Below the pieces are notes generated by a model that was given only the letters and a program-made list of their open reading frames with translations, was not told the DNA's origin and did no database searches. A stretch of DNA of 64,000 bases from Candidatus Cloacimonadota bacterium. GTDB lineage: Bacteria > Cloacimonadota > Cloacimonadia > Cloacimonadales > TCS61. Made by a program: the position numbers and the translations under genes. Where the stretch lies: positions 6,917 through 70,916 of the forward strand of contig JAIPGP010000003.1 of the NCBI GenBank assembly GCA_021735645.1. The letters run 5' to 3'. Positions 57,192-64,000 of the stretch are shown here, piece after piece. The first letter of the stretch is position 1; every line of letters starts with the position of its first letter.

Positions 57192-58139
57192 CTATCTCCC
57201 TATTTTTTTTAAGTATGGCTCAGGGTCTAAAGGCTGACCTGCCTTTCTGATTTCAAAATGAAGATGATTCCCCGAAGACCTGCCTGTGGAACCCACACTC
57301 GCAATTTTTTCCCCTGCTTTTATGCTTTCTCCTGTCTCTACTATATTGGTCTCATTATGAGCATATACCGTCATCAAGCGGTCTGCATGCTCCAAAATCA
57401 CCAGATTGCCATAACCCTTCTGTACTCCTGAATACACTACCGTGCCATCATATACAGCATAAACAGGTGTCCCCGCAGGTGCCGCCAGATCGATGCCCTG
57501 ATGTCTCTCTGTCTTATTGAACCTGCGAGTTATCTTATAAGTCTCCACTGGCAGATACTGCAATTGCCCCGGAGCAGAAATTTCTTCCTCTGCTCGAGGC
57601 TGAGCTGCTGGTTCAGCAGTTTTTACTGCAACTTTAGCTGCCGGGGCTGCTGACACCTTGCCCGGCTTTTTTACAGGTGAAGGTTTGGTTGCAACTGTCT
57701 GGATATTTTCGCTTAAATATATTTCTTTACCTTCTTCAAGCTCCCAGCTGGTAATATTATTATAATGAACCAGATCAAGCAGATCAAGTCCGTATATCTG
57801 CGCTATTATTGACAGGTCTTCACCTTTTTCTACCCGGTGTATCTTGTCTGGTGGTATTTTTCGCTCGGTAATATAAATGCGTTTACCTGCCTTATGTGGA
57901 GCATAATATATCTTCTGACCAATCTCTATCCGGTCACTTTCCAGATCATTAAAAAGCATCAAATCTGCTACTGATACACCCGATTGACGACTGATACGAC
58001 TCAGTGTATCCCCCTGCTGAACTATATGATATTTGTCTGAAGGGGTCACATACAGCGGTCTGCTGCTCATCCCTGCCAGATTGATTATTGTGAGCAGGAA
58101 TAATATCTGCCAGATACTATTCGATGCGGAAATTCTCAT
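57192..58139 (-). CDS. LysM-domain M23 metallopeptidase
   Basis: Two LysM repeats (YHIVQQGDTLSRISRQSG..., HRVEKGEDLSIIAQIYG...) and an M23 domain (HQGIDLAAPAGTPV...GNHLHFEI). The start is set to Met13, which gives a signal peptide; the track ORF extends to 58175. Confidence 0.85.
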   Translation of the reverse strand: MRISASNSIWQILFLLTIINLAGMSSRPLYVTPSDKYHIVQQGDTLSRISRQSGVSVADLMLFNDLESDRIEIGQKIYYAPHKAGKRIYITERKIPPDKIHRVEKGEDLSIIAQIYGLDLLDLVHYNNITSWELEEGKEIYLSENIQTVATKPSPVKKPGKVSAAPAAKVAVKTAEPAAQPRAEEEISAPGQLQYLPVETYKITRRFNKTERHQGIDLAAPAGTPVYAVYDGTVVYSGVQKGYGNLVILEHADRLMTVYAHNETNIVETGESIKAGEKIASVGSTGRSSGNHLHFEIRKAGQPLDPEPYLKKIGR

Positions 58140-58404
58140 AACCACAAGTCTCAGAAAGCTCTTGACTTTCAACATGATCTACCCGGGAATAACGTGGTCC
58201 CATTGCCAGCTCTAAGGCAAATTCTGCCAGATGCTCACCTGATGCCCGTACCCTTACCTTGCCATTGGCCAGATTCTTTACTCTCCCTCTGATGCCATAC
58301 CTAGCAGCTGCCTGAAGTACAAAGTACCTGTACCCCACTCCCTGAACACGTCCACTGACAATATATTCACGATAAGGCAATTTTTCCAGACAACTTTCTG
58401 ACAT
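58117..58404 (-). CDS. acyP: Acylphosphatase
   Basis: 95 aa. VSGRVQGVGYRYF and the GRVKNLANGKVRV signature. Confidence 0.85.
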   Translation of the reverse strand: MSESCLEKLPYREYIVSGRVQGVGYRYFVLQAAARYGIRGRVKNLANGKVRVRASGEHLAEFALELAMGPRYSRVDHVESQELSETCGYENFRIE

Positions 58405-58738
58405 CTAAACTCCTTTATTCTCTTATATATCAATTATATCAATACCGCTACTTTGTCAAATATTTCCTTTCTGACATGATTTTTCAGACCCACCAGACTG
58501 CAGAAAATCACGCAGAAAATTACGCGGGAAGTTACACAGAAGGTTATCACAAAGTCATAAGCCAAATATAAAGAAGAATAGCAGCACTCGTGCTGAGTCC
58601 GGGTACTTTAGAGATACCTTAGATGTGCGGGTAATGAAAAGGCAGATATATGCGGAGTTTAAGAGAGCCGGAGAAAAAAGTTAGCACTCTTATTTTTAGA
58701 TTGACAGTTTTTTCTTAATTTATTATCTGGCATAAGAA

Positions 58739-58765
58739 TTAGCAGGGGCGTAATGCGAGTGCTAA
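58739..58765. promoter_or_regulatory. CIRCE-like HrcA operator (degenerate left arm)
   Basis: TTAGCAGGG-N9-GAGTGCTAA against the consensus TTAGCACTC-N9-GAGTGCTAA, 21 nt upstream of the hrcA ATG. A perfect extra left half-site, TTAGCACTC, lies at 58681-58689. Confidence 0.7.
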
Positions 58766-58785
58766 TATAAAGGAATGGAGTGTAG

Positions 58786-59844
58786 ATGAAAAAGAATGAA
58801 CTCAGGCGTCGAGAAGTATTAAGACATCTGGTGGAAGAATATATCGAGCATCAGGAAGCAGTGTCTTCCAAGCAGATATGCCAAAAGTATCTATCTGATT
58901 GTTCATCGGCGACGATACGGATAGATTTAAATATTCTGGAGAAGGAGGATATGATCTATCAGCCTCATACATCAGCGGGCAGGATACCTACTATCAAGGG
59001 TTACCGTGAATATCTGAGCATGCTTCAGCCGGAGATAGAGGGCGGATTTTATCAGGAGAATGAATTACTTCGTAACCTGCTGGTGCAATATTATCGTGAT
59101 ACGCCGATGGCACTTCATTATATCATGCAGGTATTAGCAAAGGAGACGGATCAGCTTTCATTTGTAGCCGAGCCACAGATATCTTATGGTTATCTTGAGA
59201 AGCTGGAAGTATTTCATATATCTGCGAGGAAACTACTATTTGTAGTAAGTCTGGATTCCGGTTTAGATAAGACCGTGATTCTGAACAGTGATAATGAGAT
59301 CAATCCTCGGCAGTTGAAGATAATAGTGCGACATATTAATGAGGAACTGGTGGGGTTACGGATTTATGACATCCAGAATAAGTATTTGCATGAAATCCAG
59401 AATAAGATAGGTCGAGAAAGTGTATTATTCCAGAATTTTCTGGAAGGTTTGCATCATGCTTTAAGCCAGATATCAGGATATTACATTCATTTTGACGGCA
59501 GCATGAAATTTTTGGAGCAGCCGGAATTTGATGAGCGCAGGTCGATATTGAATTTTCTGGGCTTTATCCAGCGTCAGGACAATTTGATAAACTTGATGAA
59601 ACGGCACGAAAGTAAGAAAGATTATTCCATATTAATGGGTGAGGAGCTGGTACGTCCAGAACTGATAGAATATGCCATGATCTTTGCCAGATATGAGATT
59701 TATGGAGTGCCAGGATATTTAGGGATAGTAGGTCCGGTGCGGATGAATTTTCAGAAAAACATACCGTTGGTGCGAGATTTTGCCCGGACGATCACAGAAA
59801 CAACGAAAAAGGGAATGATGGTAAAGCAAAATGTCAGAAACTGA
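58786..59844 (+). CDS. hrcA: Heat-inducible transcription repressor HrcA
   Basis: 352 aa. N-terminal winged helix (RRREVLRHLVEEYIEHQEAVSSKQI). First gene of the hrcA-grpE-dnaK-dnaJ order. Confidence 0.88.
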   Translation: MKKNELRRREVLRHLVEEYIEHQEAVSSKQICQKYLSDCSSATIRIDLNILEKEDMIYQPHTSAGRIPTIKGYREYLSMLQPEIEGGFYQENELLRNLLVQYYRDTPMALHYIMQVLAKETDQLSFVAEPQISYGYLEKLEVFHISARKLLFVVSLDSGLDKTVILNSDNEINPRQLKIIVRHINEELVGLRIYDIQNKYLHEIQNKIGRESVLFQNFLEGLHHALSQISGYYIHFDGSMKFLEQPEFDERRSILNFLGFIQRQDNLINLMKRHESKKDYSILMGEELVRPELIEYAMIFARYEIYGVPGYLGIVGPVRMNFQKNIPLVRDFARTITETTKKGMMVKQNVRN

Positions 59845-60454
59845 AAAAGCAAGAAACGTTGAGCAGCAGGAGAAATCTGCAGAAACGGTAGCAGATACAG
59901 TAGTGGAAACAGAAGTTGCAGCAGAGCTGAGCATTGAAGAGAAACTGGAGCAACTGGAGCGTGAGAAAGCGGAATTAAAAGACAAATGGCTGCGTTCAGT
60001 AGCGGAATTTGACAATTTTCGTCGGCGGAGTAATGCTGAGAAATCTACCTGGATCAAGAATGCGAATCAGCGACTGGTGCTGGAATTATGTGATGTAAAT
60101 GACAATTTTGAGCGAGCATTGTCAGTGGAGCATGAGCAAAAGGAAGCTGGCAATTTTCAGAAGGGAATAGAGCTTATCTTTAAGCAGATAGGCAATATCC
60201 TCAAGCGTGAGGGAGTAGAAAAAATCGAAACAAATCAAAAGGATTTTGATCCCGAGTATCACGAGGCATTAGCACATATACCTTCCGAACTGGAAGAGAA
60301 TAAAATAGCGGCAACCATTAAGAATGGTTACTTAATGAATGGCAAGTTAATCAGAGCAGCACAGGTAGCAGTATCTAACGGGGAAAAGCCAGCTGAGACT
60401 GCGAATGTGAAGATAGAGAATAAAAAAGAAAAAAATAGAAACAGGAGGAAATGA
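59831..60454 (+). CDS. grpE: Nucleotide exchange factor GrpE
   Basis: 207 aa. Coiled N-terminus, then AEFDNFRRR and a C-terminal beta domain ([17 protein letters not shown]). Confidence 0.92.
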   Translation: MSETEKARNVEQQEKSAETVADTVVETEVAAELSIEEKLEQLEREKAELKDKWLRSVAEFDNFRRRSNAEKSTWIKNANQRLVLELCDVNDNFERALSVEHEQKEAGNFQKGIELIFKQIGNILKREGVEKIETNQKDFDPEYHEALAHIPSELEENKIAATIKNGYLMNGKLIRAAQVAVSNGEKPAETANVKIENKKEKNRNRRK

Positions 60455-62418
60455 TGGGAAAAATCATAGGAATAGACTTAGGAACCACTAATTCCTGCGT
60501 AGCAGTGATGGAAGGTGGAAAAGCCAACGTGATCCAGAGTGTGGAAGGTTCACGAACTACACCATCAGTAGTAGCATTCACAAAAGATAATGAGAGACTG
60601 GTGGGTCAACTGGCAAAGCGTCAGGCAGTAACAAATCCCCGTAACACAATTTCTTCAATCAAGCGTTTTATGGGACGGCAGATTGATGAAGTTCAATCAG
60701 AGATATCTAATGTAAATTATGAGATCAGAAGCGGCAAATTTAAGGAAGCGGTAGTTCATATTCCCATAGAGAATAAGGATTATTCACCTCAGGAAATATC
60801 TGCCATGGTATTGCGTAAAATGAAGGAGACGGCAGAATCACATCTGGGTCAAGAGGTTACTGAAGCGGTAATAACAGTTCCGGCATATTTTAATGATGCT
60901 CAGCGTCAGGCAACCAAAGATGCCGGAAAAATCGCCGGATTAGAAGTGAGACGGATCATTAATGAGCCGACAGCAGCAGCTTTGGCTTATGGCTTAAATT
61001 CGAGTAAGGAAGAGAAAGTAGCCGTTTATGATCTGGGTGGAGGCACCTTTGATATATCGGTACTGGAAGTAGCTGAAGGTGTGGTAGAAGTACTTTCTAC
61101 TAATGGAGATACACATCTGGGTGGAGATGATTTTGATAAAAAGATCATGGACTGGATCATTAGCAGTTTTAAGCAGCAGGATGGAATTGATATCAGTGGA
61201 GATGCGATGGCATTGCAGCGGATTAAAGAAGCAGCTGAAAAAGCCAAAGTGGAATTATCCGGTACAGGGACGACAAATATCAATTTGCCCTTTATCACCG
61301 CAGATGCATCGGGACCAAAACATTTAAGTCTTGATCTCAGTCAGGCGGAATTTAACCGGATGACTTCTGATTTGGTGGCACGGTCTATAGAGCCTTGCCG
61401 TAAAGCTTTACAGGATGCAAAATTAAAGCCAGGCGACATTGATGAAATCCTGCTCGTGGGTGGCAGTACGCGTATCCCGGCGGTACAGGAAGCAGTAGAG
61501 AAATTTTTTGGCAAGAAAGCGAATAAAAGTGTGAATCCTGATGAAGTAGTGGCAGTTGGTGCTGCAATTCAGGGTGGAATATTAGGTGGTGATGAAAGCC
61601 TTAATGACGTACTTTTGCTTGATGTGACACCTCTTTCACTGGGTATAGAGACTTTAGGCGGAGTGATGACCAAGCTGATCGAGCGTAATACCACCATTCC
61701 AACTAATAAGAGCCAGGTATTTTCCACAGCAGCAGATAATCAGCCGGCAGTGAGTATTCGCGTGCTTCAAGGTGAGCGATCAATGGCAAATGATAACCGG
61801 ACACTGGGGAAATTTGATTTGACCGATATTCCGCCGGCACCGCGGGGAACTCCTCAGATAAATGTAACTTTTGATATTGATGCCAATGGCATACTGCACG
61901 TATCTGCTAAGGATAAAGGAACCGGGAAAGAACAGTCAATCCGCATAGAGCGAACCGGTTCTCTGAACGAAGAGGAAATCGAGAAAATGGTAAAAGATGC
62001 GGAAGCACATGCCGAATCAGATAAACTGGAAAGGGAAAAGATCACAGCTCATAACGAACTGGATACCTTCATTTTCTCAGTAGAGAAGAGTATTTCTGAA
62101 TATGGTGAGAAGATACCGGCAGATGAGAAAGCGAAAGTGGAAGCTGCCGTGAAAGAAGCAAAGGAAAAGATGGAAAAAGCCACGACAAAAGAAGAATTTG
62201 ACAACATCAAAGATGAATTAGCCAAAAAAGCACAGAAAATGAGTGAAATTCTTTATGCCGATATGCAGCAACAGCAGCAGGCGGAAGGTGGAGCAGGTCC
62301 GCAGAATGCAGACTTTGATCCCAGTAAAATGGGTGGACAATCAGCCGGTCAGCAACAGCAGCAGGCAGAAGAAGGGCCGGTAGATGCTGATTTTGAAGTG
62401 GTTGATGACGATAAATAA
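60451..62418 (+). CDS. dnaK: Molecular chaperone DnaK (Hsp70)
   Basis: 655 aa. [32 protein letters not shown] and a Gln-rich acidic tail. The start could be the second Met (60454). Confidence 0.97.
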   Translation: MMGKIIGIDLGTTNSCVAVMEGGKANVIQSVEGSRTTPSVVAFTKDNERLVGQLAKRQAVTNPRNTISSIKRFMGRQIDEVQSEISNVNYEIRSGKFKEAVVHIPIENKDYSPQEISAMVLRKMKETAESHLGQEVTEAVITVPAYFNDAQRQATKDAGKIAGLEVRRIINEPTAAALAYGLNSSKEEKVAVYDLGGGTFDISVLEVAEGVVEVLSTNGDTHLGGDDFDKKIMDWIISSFKQQDGIDISGDAMALQRIKEAAEKAKVELSGTGTTNINLPFITADASGPKHLSLDLSQAEFNRMTSDLVARSIEPCRKALQDAKLKPGDIDEILLVGGSTRIPAVQEAVEKFFGKKANKSVNPDEVVAVGAAIQGGILGGDESLNDVLLLDVTPLSLGIETLGGVMTKLIERNTTIPTNKSQVFSTAADNQPAVSIRVLQGERSMANDNRTLGKFDLTDIPPAPRGTPQINVTFDIDANGILHVSAKDKGTGKEQSIRIERTGSLNEEEIEKMVKDAEAHAESDKLEREKITAHNELDTFIFSVEKSISEYGEKIPADEKAKVEAAVKEAKEKMEKATTKEEFDNIKDELAKKAQKMSEILYADMQQQQQAEGGAGPQNADFDPSKMGGQSAGQQQQQAEEGPVDADFEVVDDDK

Positions 62419-62433
62419 TTAATCATCTGAATA

Positions 62434-62467
62434 ATGGCAGTGCACCGCGGGGTGCATTGCCATTTTC
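62434..62467 (+). terminator. Hairpin plus short T-run between dnaK and dnaJ (terminator/attenuator)
   Basis: 13-bp stem ATGGCAGTGCACC / GGTGCATTGCCAT (one G-U pair), loop GCGG, followed by TTTT. Confidence 0.6.
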
Positions 62468-62545
62468 GCTGTATTTCCTGTAGCTGATCATAGTCCATAG
62501 GGGTCATTTACAGGAAGTATAATGAAAATCAGAAAGGGATAGTGC

Positions 62546-63706
62546 ATGGAAAAAAGAGATTATTACGAAGTATTAGGCATAGCAAAAACAGCAGATGCCA
62601 GCGAAATTAAGAAAGCCTACCGCAAACTGGCAATGAAATATCATCCAGACAAGAATCCGGACGATAAAGAAGCTGAAAGGATGTTCAAGGAAGCATCAGA
62701 AGCTTATGAAGTGCTTAGTGACGCAGATAAACGCAGTAAATATGACCGGTATGGACATGCTGGTCTGGAAGGCGCCTTTGGCGGCAGCGGCTTTGACTGG
62801 GGTAATTTTTCACATTTCAGCGATATTGAAGACATTTTTGGTGGAGAAGGACTGGGGGGTATTTTTGAACATCTCTTTGGCGGAGGGATGAATCGCAGTA
62901 GAGGTGGCAGCCGCAGAAACAAGGGTGAGGACCTGCAATTATCTCTATCATTAACTTTGGAAGAAATCGCCAAAGGTGTGACTAAAAAACTGAAAGTTAA
63001 TATAAAAGATACCTGTGAAACCTGCCAGGGCAGCGGCTCAGCAGACGGGAAATCAAGTCAGTGTCCGCAATGCCGTGGAACCGGTCAAGTGATGCAGACA
63101 ACGCGTTCTTTATTTGGTCAGATGCAGACAGTGGTGCGTTGCCCGACCTGTAATGGAGAAGGTAAACTGATTGAGAAAAAATGCAAGGTCTGTCACGGAG
63201 AAGGCAGAACAAATAAGATGACGCCGATAGAAGTGGAAATTCCCGCTGGAGTAGCAGAAGGACAATACATTCGCTTGCGTGGTAAGGGGAATAAGAGCAA
63301 AAACATGGGAGAAAATGGTGATATTCTGGTTCATATCAAAGAAAAAGAGCATCCAGTCTTTGAACGGGAAGAAAGTAATCTGAGAATTAACTTCCCCATC
63401 AGTATTTCTCAGGCAGTACTTGGAGCCGATATCAAAGTTCCCACGCTGTCCGGCAAAGTGAAAATGAAAGTTCCCCCTGGAACCCAATCAGGAAAGATAT
63501 TCAGAGTTAGAGGTCAGGGTCTCCCCTATCTTAATAGCGGTTATAACGGTGATCTGTATGTGCAAATCATTGTGATGATACCAGCTAAAGTTATAGGTCG
63601 GGAAAAAGAACTATATGAAGAACTGGCTGAAATTGATAAAGAAAAAAACTATGAACCCAAGAAGAGCTTCTTTAATAAATTTAAGCATCTCTTCAATATG
63701 ATCTAA
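62546..63706 (+). CDS. dnaJ: Molecular chaperone DnaJ
   Basis: 386 aa. J domain (YYEVLGI...HPDKN), a Gly/Phe-rich region and four CxxCxGxG zinc-finger repeats. Confidence 0.96.
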   Translation: MEKRDYYEVLGIAKTADASEIKKAYRKLAMKYHPDKNPDDKEAERMFKEASEAYEVLSDADKRSKYDRYGHAGLEGAFGGSGFDWGNFSHFSDIEDIFGGEGLGGIFEHLFGGGMNRSRGGSRRNKGEDLQLSLSLTLEEIAKGVTKKLKVNIKDTCETCQGSGSADGKSSQCPQCRGTGQVMQTTRSLFGQMQTVVRCPTCNGEGKLIEKKCKVCHGEGRTNKMTPIEVEIPAGVAEGQYIRLRGKGNKSKNMGENGDILVHIKEKEHPVFEREESNLRINFPISISQAVLGADIKVPTLSGKVKMKVPPGTQSGKIFRVRGQGLPYLNSGYNGDLYVQIIVMIPAKVIGREKELYEELAEIDKEKNYEPKKSFFNKFKHLFNMI

Positions 63707-63723
63707 CTTTTGGAAGCTTTCAG

Positions 63724-64000
63724 GTGCCGTGTTATTATTTGCCCCAAATAGAAACTGAACAGAAACAGTACTTTATCACTGGAGAAGAATTTCATCACTT
63801 GAGCCAGGTGATGCGAAAACGTCAAGGTGATAATATTCTGGTGAGTAGTGGGAGTGGAATTCTGGCTAACTGCAAAATCACTAGTATAGAGCCGAAAAGA
63901 GTGCTGATTGAAATAGTTGAAAAACAGATACTGCCCAGGAGTCAACCGCAGATGGCATTGGGTTTTGCTCTATTGAAAAACAAACATGACAGTCTGATAA
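63724..64000 (+). CDS. rsmE: 16S rRNA (uracil1498-N3)-methyltransferase RsmE, N-terminal part (runs off window)
   Basis: Absent from the track. My translation from GTG 63724 reads MPCYYLPQIETEQKQYFITGEEFHHLSQVMRKRQGDNILVSSGSGILANCKITSIEPKRVLIEIVEKQILPRSQPQMALGFALLKNKHDSLI, a typical RsmE PUA-like N-terminus. dnaJ-rsmE synteny. The start codon is uncertain. Confidence 0.7.
   Translation, partial: MPCYYLPQIETEQKQYFITGEEFHHLSQVMRKRQGDNILVSSGSGILANCKITSIEPKRVLIEIVEKQILPRSQPQMALGFALLKNKHDSLI

Noticed and set aside
58117-58175. Apparent 59-nt overlap between acyP and the LysM-M23 peptidase ORF
   Set aside because: It is most likely an artefact of taking the longest ORF. Starting the peptidase at Met13 (58139) yields a proper signal peptide and reduces the overlap to ~23 nt. 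This is not evidence of a programmed overlap.
58593-58611. Possible HAIR (HspR) operator, CTGAGT-N6-ACTTTAG, and the adjacent palindrome CAGCACTCGTGCTG (58582-58595)
   Set aside because: Only about 5/7 matches per half-site to CTTGAGT-N7-ACTCAAG, and the spacer is wrong (6 nt). The 14-mer palindrome has a 2-nt centre, so it cannot form a hairpin. There is not enough support to call a regulatory site.
63703-63945. 80-aa minus-strand ORF after dnaJ
   Set aside because: The plus strand in this interval encodes a convincing RsmE N-terminus in conserved dnaJ-rsmE synteny.
1-64000. Search for CRISPR arrays, rRNA/tRNA genes, prophage or defence-system genes
   Set aside because: By-eye scanning of all intergenic gaps found only the hairpins, DnaA boxes and repeats listed. 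No spacer-repeat periodicity, no cloverleaf-compatible segments and no nuclease, helicase or methylase defence-type ORFs. A tRNAscan, Infernal and PADLOC run would be needed for certainty.

Overview
The window is a 64 kb, low-GC chromosomal segment from a diderm bacterium. LPS/KDO synthesis (KdsB), LolA, SurA-like chaperones and a TonB-receptor/DUF4249 pair give it an FCB-superphylum or Cloacimonadota-like flavour, but taxonomy cannot be settled from sequence alone. It contains the replication origin region. dnaA (12454-13806, minus) is flanked on both sides by consensus DnaA boxes, with an AT-rich stretch upstream. Every gene to the left of about 14.9 kb is on the minus strand. Most of the window is tightly packed housekeeping: recN, nadK, rsgA, fmt, def, yajC, pgpA, PPIases, glnA, tyrS, mnmG, kdsB, ftsK, lolA, ychF, mnmE, dxs, engB, queD and hrcA-grpE-dnaK-dnaJ with a CIRCE operator. 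I saw no rRNA, tRNA, CRISPR array, transposase, integrase or recognisable defence genes. The most unusual content is a seven-gene minus-strand operon (31059-40536). It encodes a lysine-oxoglutarate-reductase (LOR/SDH)-type dehydrogenase, a CitD-CitE fusion, CitF, an IDH-family beta-decarboxylating dehydrogenase, an HD-domain protein with a Cys-Asp dyad in place of His-Asp, and two tandem single-chain aconitase-superfamily dehydratases. I read it as a 2-oxoacid chain-elongation module (lyase, isomerases, dehydrogenase) built around an ACP-dependent lyase rather than a synthase, so possibly run in the cleavage direction on citrate, homocitrate or citramalate-type substrates. This is inference only. 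The block is bracketed by two inverted, diverged copies of a palindromic element of about 60-110 nt (29263-29322 and 40795-40850). Secondary items:
- an ECF-like sigma factor with a long C-terminal extension
- a translationally coupled GNAT/PLP-racemase-like pair
- an atypical split CIRCE arrangement
- a 12-nt tandem repeat upstream of hrcA
- an HspR-like MerR regulator
- a REC-PP2C phosphatase with an unassigned C-terminal domain
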